64,000 nt of DNA from Azolla caroliniana (lineage: Eukaryota; Plantae; Polypodiophyta). This document shows, one piece after another, positions 24,355-36,690 of this stretch (position 1 is the stretch's first letter; the number at the start of each line of letters is the position of its first letter). The stretch is from assembly GCA_043228905.1 (NCBI GenBank), contig JBHGNT010000007.1, positions 1,736,001 to 1,800,000 on the forward strand. The letters are read 5' to 3'. A program made the position numbers and the translations under genes. The notes beneath the pieces were generated by a model that saw only the letters and a list, made by a program, of their open reading frames with translations, was not told the DNA's origin and did no database searches.

Positions 24355-27300
24355 TTTAATCTAATTGATTAAAGTAAAGTAAACTAATACATTGGGATGC
24401 CCAACAATTGTCCTTTGTAGGTCGAGTTATAGTAGCCAACTCTGTATTGCTGGCTTCAATGTGGTTTATAGCATCCATTTGGCTATTTTCTAGATCTGCA
24501 ATAACGAAAGTGCAAAGTTTGATCCGGAATTTTCTTTGGAGGGGAAAATGGGGATCTCCAATAGTAGCAAAAGTTTCTTGGAATGTGTTAATCGAACCTA
24601 AAAGCAATGGAGGTTTGGGTTTGACAGACCCTTCAATGTAGTAAAGAGCCCTTTTGACTAAGTTTGTGATCAGAGGATTGCCAGGATCAGAATCTTGGAA
24701 AGGGATATTTCTAAATCAGTTGATGCAGTTAAGTCCTAAGATGAGCGATGTTTGGTCACCCTCTTTAAAATGGTTATTCTTGAATGATGTACAAACACCA
24801 AGGCGGGATCTTGCATCCAATAGATTTTTGTTAGGAATCATAAGGGCATGGGATGTGATTAAGCCATTCTTGCTTAAGGACAAGCCTTCTACGTGGGATG
24901 CACAACTTAATCAACCTCTTCTTGCCAATTCTTTATTTCGGGATAATGCAGGAAAAGTGTTGGGCCTGAGAACTCACCTTGCATGGGCAAAATTGGATAA
25001 TGGGCCTGCTGCTGTCACAAACATGACAACAGATATTTCAAGATTTGAACTCTTGTCCTCTTATATTATAGTCAAGTGTTATATTGTAACCAATACATCC
25101 AAGTACATAATCATGTTATGTATATCTTCATAGATTATCTATTCACGTTCTAGGAGTTTTTGGAAAGTTTTAGAACTAGAAGGTTCTAGAGGGTTCTAGA
25201 ATATTCTCCAAAATCTTCTCAAGAATATTCTAATGCATGTACTTCAACTCACAATATAAATACTTGTAACCTTCTTGGTCCCTTTCAAGGGATTCAAGCG
25301 GTCACGAACACACCGATTGCAAACAACGACGGAGCATGGATGACAAATGTCGATGAGGACCACACATAGTCGGTCATGTTCTAGTTTTCGATGAGGGCCA
25401 CACATGGTCGCTCACGCCTGTTCGTGTTCCATTATCTGGTGAGGACCGCACATGGTTGCTCACTCGAGCTATTGTTCGTGTTCCAGATCCCGGCGAGGAC
25501 TGACATGGTTGCTCATGCCCGCTGTTGTTCATGTTCCAGTTCCCGGTGGTCGCTCACGCCCGTTGGTGTTCGTGTTCCAACTCTCAACAAGGATTGACAT
25601 GGTCTCTCATGCCCATTGGTGTTGGTGTTTCTAGTGAGGACAACACATGGTTTCTCACACCCACCACTTCCCGTTCACCCCTATACCGTGCTTTCGAAAA
25701 GGCGGCTGTAAAGGGGAGGATAATGTCACAGACATGACAACAGATATTTCAAGATTTGAACTCTTGACCTCTTATATTATAGTCAAGTGTTATATTGTAA
25801 CCAATGCATCCAAGTACATAATCGTGGTATGTATATCTTCATAGATGATCTATTCACGTTTTAGGAGTTTTTGGAAAGTTCTAGAACTAGAAGGTTCTAG
25901 AGGGTTCTAGAATATTCTCCAAAATCTTCTCAAGAATATTCTAATGCATGTACTTCAACTCACAATATAAATACTTGTAACCTTCTTGGTCCCTTCCAAG
26001 GGATTCAACACCAGTCATTGACACATCGGTCTAGTATTCTCATTTCATTCCATCTTGTGTCCTTCTTCTTCTTTGTCTTCATGCTCTCCATAGCTCCCTA
26101 ACTTCATAGTCTCATAACTCCCAACTTCTAGAGTTCTTAGCCTCGTCATTTCTAGTTCCACATTCGTCATCCATGCTCCGTCGTAGTTTGCAAATGGTGT
26201 GTTCGTGACAGCCACATTTGTAAGAACGTAGAATCAATTTCAGCAAATGTCACAGGAAGATTGTCTTGCACAATTACAATTAGTTCATGCTGCCAAGATA
26301 ATGACTGCTACTATATCAACAACATATTCTTCGTTTTCTACAACCTTTTAACCCAGGAAGGAACATATATGGTTTGGATGCTTCATAAATGACACATTGG
26401 TGGATGTCAAGGGAGTTTCACCTAACATGTGTGCTTCTTACTTTCAGGTCCTAGACAATCATACATTACAACCTTACACCTTAGAGTGCAGTTATCTACA
26501 ACACTTGCGAAGTGCACCAGTAAGAGTGGGTGCCAAATTTGGAAAGAAATGGATGCTCGATCCTTATCCTTCAATTGCTCATCTGTGTGATATGTTGTGG
26601 TTATATGCAAAAGACCTGGTTGCAAGATTAACATGGGATTCAGGGGGCTGGTTTTGGTCACATTCCTTGGGGGAACAAATCATAAAGGTTCCTTTCTTTC
26701 AATACTAAGTAAAACTTGGAAGAGCACTATTGCTCTCTCGGAATGCAAGGATACCAGCAACTCAGAAACATTGAACCACTTGGGGGGTCTCAACTTTGCA
26801 TTTGAAAGCCTACTGGAAATGGATTTGGTCATTCAAGGGGCCAACTAAATTTATTCTCTTCAGATGGCTATTAGTGCATATGGCCTTACCAGTCGGTCAC
26901 TCATTGAAAGGGAATGTAACACCCAATCTTCGACAATGTGACTTTTGCCATGAAGCGCATGAGATTGCCAAGCATGCCCTTTGGTCATGTTCCTTGGCTC
27001 AACAAGTATGGAATAAAGTTATTTCGTTATTTTTAACAATCAATGTCGGTTGCTTATTTTCATGGGGATCAACAATGTGGGGAGTGTTACATTCCAATTT
27101 GATGTTGTATGAGGCAAACAATGTTCAAGAGGCAATGATGGTACATAATAGAAGATTGATATTGGTCAGCCCCTTTCAACAACCTCGAAAGCAGGTGTGA
27201 TTTGTCCAGATATGGAAAATAGTGACTACAATAACGTTATGGGCATTATGGAAATGTAGATGCAACTGACGTTATGATGCAACATATCAGTGTCTCTCAG

Positions 27301-27685
27301 ATGTCTTGCGTGAGATATGGAAGAACTTGGTGGTAGTAGTCGACGGCCAGTATGACAACATGCAGGGTTCACCAGAGACTCCGAATAAGAGAAAGAAGAA
27401 GCTCCTTCACTTATGGAAAAAGTTACCCCTATTTTCTGAGTCAACTCAAGGGCCTCAATGGAACTATCAACTTCCATGGACCCTTTCTTGAATATTAGTC
27501 AAGCATGACAGAGTGCAACAATAAATTTTTATACCTTTTACAAAGTTCTAGCTTTGGTCTTAGGATTATCGTATATTATTGTACATGAAAATTGTAAGCT
27601 TTTGGGCACATAAGCTTAAGTTGTAGCATTCACATGTTTTTCTTATTACTAATGAGGAAAATCTTTGAAGAATAAAAAGAAGTAA
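24355..27685 (+). mobile_element. 5'-truncated degenerate L1 LINE (post-RT region and zf-RVT)
   Basis: LSFVGRVIVANSVL..IRNFLW..KVSWN..PKSNGGLGL; KFILFRWLL..CDFC..HALWSC; terminal GPQWNYQLPW; A-rich tail near 27670. Confidence 0.85.
25013..26210 (+). mobile_element. Non-autonomous (TRIM-like) LTR element with rearranged 5' LTR
   Basis: 3' LTR 25724-26210 (TGTCAC..GTGACA) preceded by PPT aaaggggaggataa. 5' end is U3 (25013-25297) + inverted U5 (25300 to about 25350). TSD gctgc/gccac, both derivable from gccgc by CpG decay. Confidence 0.85.
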
Positions 27686-29577
27686 ATGAACTTGGAGAGT
27701 CGTACACTTCATATATACATGTGTGTCCATACATGAAAATAGTAGCGTCTTGACTATTAGTCTATTAGTACTTTATATATGTATTCTTTTTATCAAGTAA
27801 CTCCATAAACACATATCACAATAAGCTCTTATTCACTTACTTTCATTGAAATGTAATTTAGATTAGCATGTATACATATGAGGAATGAAAGTGATATTTG
27901 CATGTCCATGGGTATAGGTGTGTTTATTTCCAACTTTCTTATGTCCCACAAATGATTTGTCAACACACCACAAAAGTGTGTGTAAGAAGCTTGATGCGAT
28001 TTGAACCTTTGCCATCTTATTATCTAGCTCAAGCTTTATCTAATAAACTATCATATCATCGTTCACTAAAGGAACTATGTATTGAAGCACAAGACTAATA
28101 TCAATAAAGTGCTAAAGTATATAGGTATATAGTGTTTACCTAAGTTTGTTAAGTCTCTCGCGGTAACCAACACCACAAAATAAACCCACGTAACTTTGTT
28201 CCATAAGCTTCTAAAGATTTCCAAGGCCAATCCAAACCATTGATAAGGTTGAGGGCCGAGGCTAGAATGTAGATCATTGTCATCAAGTTTGTCCCAATCT
28301 CCTAGATTTGAATCTTCATCGGAAAATGTCCATATTGATTATTACATCAATGAGAGAATTACTTATTTCCAAGTGATAGCTAGCCAAAGACTTGATCTCT
28401 TTGACCAACGCCACCAAGAGGAAAGAATGACGACAACCTTGCCAAATGTACCCTTATGTATTGCAAGTGCAGTTGGTACATCATGATCTACCAATCCTAA
28501 TCCTATTACCCATGTTTTTTGTGAAAAGTATGTAAACATATGTCACATAAGAAATTCAAAAGGTATACTTTCTTATTTGTGAAGTTGCCTATATATTTTA
28601 AATATGTTTAGTTGATATTGTGGCCCCTGGGTCTTAATCGCATGACACTTAAGGTTAAACACACAATTAGACGAAGTTAAGGACAACTCCAACATTTAAT
28701 TTTTAATTTCTCTCTAATTTCTTAATTGTGCAAATTGAAGGTTGATTTGCTTTGCTATTATGCGCTATGATGGAGAATTAGAAGCTAAATTTATTAATTA
28801 TGCTTCTACTCTTATGGCCTTAAATACTTACTACTCTTTACCAAATAAAAGAGTGTAGTAACTTGAATAGAATCTACATTGTCAATTGTGGATAGTGGAA
28901 TAATATTGTTTGGTGTTGATTGATAATAAGATTTGGTTGGATTATCACTATTATGGTGTCAAAGTGCATTTTGTTGAACAAGTGAATACAAGACTCTCTC
29001 AATATTGTCATTATGATCGTGATCATTCACACTGAGTTGTAATTGTTGAAGTTGGTAATGAATCAATTGCATCATTGGATGCATTCGTGAAACAAACTTA
29101 TGAACATGGGAACTTTGTGATAAAGAACATGTGTCATGACATTGAAATAATTTTCATAACACATGCCATCGATTTAATCATCACTCTTTTGCAAATTCAT
29201 ACCAACATAGAAGCAAACTAATTGAAAAATAACTCATGTTGACTCTTAGAACAAATTTTCTACACATTGTTCATTCTTTTTTAAATTCTATCATCCAACC
29301 TTCTCACATGTTTAGGGTTTTGGATTGAATCGAATAATGTTTGGTTAGAATTTTTTTTTTAAAACTAGAATTCTCTGTCTTTCTTTTTGTAAATTTACCA
29401 ATTCCTAAGTTACTAATAAATTTAGTTCTGATTGAGCGTTGTAGCCAACAATGACCTTGTCATCTCTCAATGTTCCCATTTAAGTTTTGATGAATATTGT
29501 GCATGCATAAACGTGCAAACATATTGAATAAAAATAGTCAGATAAATTTTATATGGCATAAAATTTGTCCATCGCTT

Positions 29578-29658
29578 GTGAACGTGCCGGAGTGGTTATC
29601 GGGCATGACTAGAAATCATGTGGGTTCGCCCGCGCAGGTTCGAATCCTGCCGTTCACG
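29578..29658 (+). tRNA. tRNA-Ser(AGA)
   Basis: Acceptor GTGAACG/CGTTCAC, anticodon arm CATGA-CT-AGA-AA-TCATG, long variable arm, T arm GCAGG-TTCGAAT-CCTGC; T-run near 29700. Confidence 0.97.
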
Positions 29659-29758
29659 GTCATTATTGAAAATCTACACTAAATGTATAATGTGGTACCT
29701 TTTTGTGTGATATATGTAGGCAACAAATTTTTTCATCTGTGCCATCTGGGCAAAGAAA

Positions 29759-29830
29759 AGGGCGCAACCAGGATTGAACTGATGACCTATCGGACTGCAG
29801 CCGATTGCTCTACCACTGAGCTATACACCC
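29759..29830 (-). tRNA. tRNA-Cys(GCA)
   Basis: Minus strand GGGTGTATAGCTCAGTGGTAGAGCAATCGG-CT-GCA-GT-CCGATAGGTCATCAGTTCAATCCTGGTTGCGCCCT, followed by a T-run terminator. Confidence 0.95.
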
Positions 29831-31964
29831 TTAGTGATAAAATATTGCTCGATTTTGTTTATAACTACAAATAAGGACTAACTCAACAATAACACCTCGA
29901 GCCTAACGAGTCGATGCAATGTGAAGAGAAGGGGGAAAACACTCTAAAATATCTCAATATTAGCATCAAAGTTTCAAAGACAATGGAAGAAGTGCCTATT
30001 AAGAGGTTAGATCACACATCCAAAGGATATTAATGAGTCATTAATACAAAGACCGAACTTATCACATTAGTTTGCAACAAAAAATATATGAGTTATTGAC
30101 ATACGTGTCGACTTAGTAGTTGATTTTATTAAAGTTGTAGGGTTGTTGGTTTGATATGATGTTCATAATGTTGAATTATGTTGGCCATCATCAAATAAAG
30201 AAACAATGAAATTCTGGAAATATGTCTGCAATAATGCCTTGCTTAGAAAGCATGAATGAGGTAACCTCTTTCTAGACGTACGCGTTTATGATTATATGAT
30301 AGTCACACATAACTAATGCATAATCATGCTAAACCGTAAATGAAGGAACCTAGGAATCGTAGGGAAGGGAGAGAAACAATAATATGATGGGATGCGTAGT
30401 ATAATATTCCGAATTTATCAATACATAAGAAATTGTTATGTGACAATTGACACAAATGTCAAAGTCAAACCACATGAATGCTATTTAACGATGACCATAT
30501 CATACACCCATTGTTTTCATACCTTTGAGCTTATCATATGTTGTTTGTAAACTTATGCACACACAATAAAAGTCTATCATTGGTGAATTGATATTCACAT
30601 AAATAAATGAATAGAAATTCCATTGCTTTCATTGCTGAAAATAACAACACTTATTGGCATTATAGTCTACTAAATGTGTGTTCCAAGAAAATATTCTATA
30701 TGACCACATATTAAGTTTATTAACACAACTTCGTGTTCCCTGAATGATAGCTTTTTGGTTCATGAAGCTATGTTTTGTATACTATTCCAAACCCTTGACA
30801 AATACGTCTTTGATTGATTCTATGTATACATGATTACGTGTGCTCTATGAAATATCTCCTTACAAAAAGTGTGCCTAGTTATCCATTATTTTAATGTAAT
30901 AATTTAGGTTTCTAATGGAAGTTTGACAACATATAAGATTTCAACATATAAGATTTCAACAAATGGAGACATGATAAAACCCCGGTCAAGTAATATAGTT
31001 TGACAAGAAACAAAGCTTCACATGGTTGATCAAAGGATTAGAGAGATGTGAGGGATCAAAAGGCAATAGAACTCATTGCATGTAAGACACAAATAGAAAA
31101 TTAATACATGATAGAAGGCATGTGGTAGATGAGAAAAGAGAAGGATAGAATCCTCACATGCACATACATATATAAAAAGGAAGATGCACAATTCCAAATA
31201 TATCTTAAAGTAGGTGACATCATACATGAGAAACTGGTTCTGCAGTCAAGTCAAAGAATTAGAAAATGTGTGATGAAAAGGTTATGTCATATTCAACAAC
31301 AGAATGCATGAGAAGTGACAGGGAAATAGAAACATCGATATACATGTTACCTTACTCTAGACCCTATCTCTTGTAACACATGGCATTCTTTCTAATGTGC
31401 TCGCCAATATTCAGAAATCTAGGAATGTGGCTTGAGAATAAAGCGAACTATTGTAGACAAGCGTAAGCTGTGTACATACACTACGAAATTTGACACAAGA
31501 AAAATGAAACAAAACAATGAAGAGGTTAAAGAAAGCATGTGCCGACAATTGATTTTAGGTGCTATTGCCATTAAAAACAATAATGAAAGTATGTTGCATT
31601 ACTATAGTTAATATAGGATTTACAATAACATCAACATGTCTAATATATATGTTTTGCATTGAATTTTTAAATTTTCTAACAATAAATAGGCTACTCATTG
31701 AGGTATGTTGGCAAAGCTGATGGCATATGGGAGATCAAGACATTTATATATCCAAAGGATCCTTATACTTGGGTGGATATTGTTTAGTCAAGGACATAGA
31801 GAGAGAGCCATTTGTGATGCCAAATAATCCTAGTCACTTGCAATAGTGGATAATGGCATCCTTAGAAGTTTGAGACTTGAGCAATTCACTAATGATGATG
31901 AACCTTTCAAGTATATGTTGTCAAGATCTAGTGCTTGGTGTTGGTATGTGGGAATGTCACAAAT

Positions 31965-31968
<4 letters not shown>

Positions 31969-32036
<68 letters not shown>
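31969..32036. repeat. (GA)n microsatellite
   Basis: Direct reading. Confidence 0.95.
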
Positions 32037-32039
<3 letters not shown>

Positions 32040-32048
32040 TGCCCAGAT

Positions 32049-32430
32049 GGATGTAGCTCAGTTGGTAAGGTTGCCCAATGGAGACCAGATGGTCATGGGT
32101 TTAACCCCTACATTCCACAATGGCATCTAGTGAAATAATGGATATCTATGGAGTAATAGAGAGGTGAGAAAATTGGGTTTCAAACCCATGATGTAGTGCT
32201 AGTAATGTAAATAGCTTATGATAAGAAAGAAAGAGAGAGAGAGTGTGTGTGTAGCTCAGTTGGTAAGGTTGCCCAATGGAAACCAGATGGTCATGGGTTC
32301 AACCCCTACATTCCACAGTGGCATCTAGTGAATTAAGAGATATATAATAGAGAGGTGAGGAAGTTGGGTTTCAAACCCACAACGTAATGCTTGTAGTTCT
32401 AACAACTTACCACTAGGGTAAGGTAATTAC

Positions 32431-32466
<36 letters not shown>

Positions 32467-32645
32467 GATAAGGTTGCCCAACGGAGACCAAGAGGTCATG
32501 GGTTAGGTTCAACCCCTACATTCCATAATGGTATCTAGTAAAATTGAGAGATATATATAGAGTAATAGAGAGGTGAGAAATTAGGTTTCGAACCTAACAC
32601 AAAGTGTTAATAGTGTAACAACTTACCACTAGTGTAAGCTAATTA
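32049..32645. repeat. Three tandem units of about 200 bp, each carrying two convergent tRNA-derived sequences, separated by (GA)n
   Basis: Plus-strand heads GTAGCTCAGTTGGTAAG..GGGTTCAACCCC at about 32054, 32251 and 32463 (last one 5'-eroded). Minus-strand heads TAGTGGTAAG..GGTT(C/T)GAAACC at about 32175 (A-box eroded), 32365 and 32585. Confidence 0.8.
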
Positions 32646-33639
32646 AAAAAAAAACAAGAGAGAGAAATTGCTTGTTTTTTTTGCCTCCATAAAGAGGTCA
32701 ATATTGAACCATGGGACTTGAGTACATAAGTTTTCGTAATGTGTGTCTCTTTCCTAAGAAGTGATATTCATGCTTCAAAACATTAAGTCTCCATGAGTAA
32801 ATAGGACATGCACATATTAGCTCAACCTTCTAGGTAGTATCTTTAAGTATGGCACCCAAATTTGTGGTGCTAGGACTCCAACTAGGGGATGACAACTAGA
32901 AAACACTACTGAGACTACGCTTCGCTTACTTTAAGCCACGGACAGGGGCCAATTGGGCCCCTTAGATAGGATGTATTCTAAACATGGATCTCAAACCAAG
33001 GTTATCACGCCAATTGGAGGATAGATTCAATGCATCCATGTGGAAGGTGTTTTATGACATAAGACGAGGGCTCAAGTGCAATCAACCTCACTCCAAACAT
33101 GCCTAGCTTAGTTAACACATCATGTGGAACCCATGTATTAGAGATGAATCCAACCAATTAATTGGATCGACCATTGTAGAAGGTCCAAGAAAGAGTATAG
33201 AATGTTGGAGGCGGTTTATGTCACTGCCACTACAAAATCAAGCCAACATACTCTCCATGGAATCATGGGCGGATGGACTATGAGATTTGAAATTATGAAC
33301 ATTCTATTGCTCAGGGAAGTTGCTAACCAAAGGACGACAATGGAGAAGGGGATAGGCAATGAGGAGGTGGGCCCTTTGATTCAAAGGGGTAGGGAAGTTC
33401 CTGATAGGATACATGGCCATAAGCTGTGAGACAATGAGGCACCAACATCGAACATGGTAATTCAAGTACTCACGTATACATGTGTTTAGTGGATTGTAGA
33501 TCCCGATCCGATCAAAGTACAACCAAAATGGAACATATGTAGTCATGAAAACATAGCCTATATTGGGGAAGAAGCTTTTATGACCTTTGATGTACAAGAC
33601 AATGGAAGGAACCAACTACAAATATTTTCTAAAGACGGA

Positions 33640-34120
33640 ATGGTCTTTCTTCACAACGTTTCAACCAATTTTGGAAATGGTTGTGGGGCATACAAATTTT
33701 GTTTCCGTTGATTGTTGGTTCATAGAGCTATACTAGTTAATGGTTGGGAAAAAGGGAATGCAAACAATATGTGCCCATTTTTTTACGAATCTAGTAGAAG
33801 AACTAAGCATTGTTTGTGGAGTTGTGACTCTATGATGGAAATATAGAAAAGAATCACAACACCATTAATACTGGTCAATATATCCTCAACTAGTATAAAT
33901 ATGAACAATAGTATTATGGGTGATGGTACAAGATAAACCAATGGTACTTATGTGATATGTTCAACTCTTCATTACAAAATGGCATGACTTCTATTGTAGT
34001 ACAAACTAGATCAAACCTTTATGTAAAAGGGGAGACATAAATAATGTAAATAACTTTTGGACAATAATGGTTGGTTCTCTTATGGCAAAGCGATTTGGAT
34101 GTATATTGGAAGCTAAGTGA
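33640..34120 (+). mobile_element. Highly degenerate LINE zf-RVT fragment
   Basis: KF..R*LLVHRAI..CP..E..KHCLWSC remnants. Confidence 0.5.
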
Positions 34121-34329
34121 AGTGTATGGGCAAAAAATAGCAAAAAGTTAGTTTACAAACAAGCATAGTTATGAAAACCCAATAACAACATTGACCATAT
34201 TGTCACTCTTTCAGTGTAAATGGAAGAAATTGTTTTGAAAGTGCCCTATGAGAATCTTTAGATACCAATTGAACATATCCTTTCAATTTCTTGAATATAT
34301 GAGAAAGTGATATGTCATGTGCATATGGG

Positions 34330-34815
34330 AGCATCATTCACCAACTCTCTTTGGTTTATGCATTGACAAATTGAAACAAATGGTCAATAATTTTGAAAAG
34401 TAAGAAGGCATTGAAGAATTTTTCATTGATAATGTAATTATCATGTTTTTGCAAGATGCAAATGATGTGGTTCTTTTTCCAAAAACTTTAGAACATGCCC
34501 AAAAATTTATGAATATATTTGATAACGTTTGTTCGTGCAGTAACCTAAGTGACAACACCTCTAAAATGAAAGTTATGTTTTTGAATCTTGACTTAAAATA
34601 AGGACAAATCATGCATTATTTACAAAGAACCATGTGAAACCTTATAAAGGTTCAAATAACATGGACTTGAGGTTCCGTCCAACCATAGATGGAATGAATG
34701 CGGTACACTTGCTTAGAAACGGGAAAGGGGGTTGACCATGCATTTAAGACCATATGCAATGCTGGGTTCTCAAGAAATACCTCTTTGACACATTACTAGA
34801 ATTGGTGGGTCTTTG
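34330..34815 (+). mobile_element. RTE-like LINE RT remnant, left part (continues at 47964)
   Basis: SPTLFGLCIDKL..ANDVVLF..KMKVMF..FK*HGLE remnants. Joining across the TSD restores LCGFQVWGG (YG.EVWG-like). Confidence 0.6.
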
Positions 34816-34859
34816 TGTCAATGTAAATGTCAAGATTCAAACTCTTGACCTATTGTATT

Positions 34860-35030
34860 CATAGTTCTAGCCATACGTCCCATTCATGTCATACTCAAAC
34901 GCCAATATTCGTATCATACTCATACGTGAAAAGGCTCCAAGTATGATTGAAATCCATACGTGGTACATAGATATATATACATATGGTGTATATGGCGTAC
35001 ATTGTGTGTGTGTGTGTGTGGGGGGGGGGG

Positions 35031-35091
<61 letters not shown>

Positions 35092-35467
35092 TGTGGTCTA
35101 GAGAGAGAAGCCCTGTTTTGCATGTGTGAGGAGACAGTGATTGAGTGTATATCTAGACTCTAGAGAGAGAGAGAGAGAGAGGAGCTATGGGTTTTGTCTG
35201 TTTGACAGAGTGTGTAATATGTATATTAGATATCTAGATTTTGTAGAGAGAGAAAATCTGTTAGTTCTCGTGTGAGAGAGAGAGTGTGTGTGTATGTGTG
35301 TCAGACGCCACTTCTATTCACAAAGAATTATGAATATTAAAAATTAAAAAAACCCAAAAAAAGTCAAAAAAAAAAAAGCCAAACGAATATTGCGTATCAT
35401 ACGCGTACGTTTGCAAACGTTCGCGTACGTCCAGTAAATTGGACGTACGCGAATATTAGGAACTATG
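34860..35467. mobile_element. hAT-type MITE inserted in the chromovirus 5' LTR
   Basis: TIR catagttcta / taggaactatg; perfect 8-bp TSD attgtatt (34852-34859 / 35468-35475). Confidence 0.85.
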
Positions 35468-35813
35468 ATTGTATTTAAATCAATTGTTATGTTTTAACCA
35501 ACACATCCAATACATGGTCATGTTATGTATATCTCAGTATATACATTATTAGTAGATTATCTATTTCCACATGCTAGGAGTTTTTAGAAGCTTTGAGAAA
35601 GCTCTAGAAGCTTGAACATTCTAGAAGCTTGTGTGTGAAAATGGGTATCTGTATGGAACTACATTTAGAGCCCACAAATATGTATAAATACAAGGGTTCA
35701 CTTTGCTAGTTACAAAATCCAATATTTTGCTTTATTTATCTCTTGCTTCTTGCTTCTCTCTCTATCTCTTAGTATCTTACCTTTCACCTAGCTCTGGTTT
35801 GTTCTACTGTATT

Positions 35814-36272
35814 TGTAAAGAATCGGGTATGATTCTTGTGTAGCGGAAGTGATGTGTGTTATGTGTATGTGTGAGAAGAAAGAGAGAAGAGAAGAGAAAC
35901 ACAAGATAGATAAACTAGAGAAATGAAATACTCAAGAAGAAGAAGATGTATATTCACAAGTAGAATATGAAATACAAAATGTAGCATTACAAGGAGTCAT
36001 AACCGACTTAATATGAAGTATGAGGAGGGTGCTTTATATATAGTCACCCTCTCTCTTCATTAACTAACTACAACAACCACTCTCTCTTGGGGAATGTGAA
36101 AACTCATAGTCATGGGGAATATGTAACTCATTAGTTATGTGTCATAGAATATGATTCTATGACACATAGTTAATGTGTAGAGAATAGTGGTGTGACTCTT
36201 GACCTTTGAGTAATCATAGATTCTCAAAAGGTGTGTTCACACGTTGCACTATGTTGAGCTTGATTCTCAACA
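35814..36272 (-). mobile_element. Solo LTR (copia-like) inserted in the chromovirus 5' LTR
   Basis: TG...CA termini, perfect TSD gtatt, minus-strand TATA near 36035. Confidence 0.8.
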
Positions 36273-36690
36273 GTATTTGTTCGTGACAATTTGTTCACCT
36301 TCCATCTCCAAGCTTTATGACATGTCAAAATCTACCAGGAGAATAAATAAACTATTGGAAGCCATGCATTAACTTGAACTTGAAAATGAGAATCTTCAAG
36401 AATCCTTGGAGAAACTCCAAGCTAGTACTCCAACGGAACTGGAGAACGAAGAAAGCAAGTCCCCTCCTACATCAAGGAATATCCTATATGTAGACCATGG
36501 TCCCTTGTCAATCCTCACTCCAATTCCTCTTCACCCCACTCCAACTATAGAACCCAATGTCAATTTACCTGACAAGTTCAATGGCATAAGGGCACGATTC
36601 TAAGGGTTCATAAATCAGGTCAAGCTTATTATCTGACAACAACCCCAAAGATTTATGGATGATTTTTGCCGAGTTGGGCTCGTTGGGACC

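Noticed and set aside
25350-25665. CRISPR-like array
   Set aside because: Units are degenerate tandem repeats without unique spacers, in a eukaryotic TE context with no cas genes.
27990-28055. Possible minus-strand tRNA-derived SINE head
   Set aside because: A B-box-like GGTTCAAATC is present but the rest is too degenerate, with no TSD.
31846-32130. ERERER ORF (also 34886-35163, and the LSLSLS ORF at 12931-13158)
   Set aside because: (GA)n microsatellite translation.
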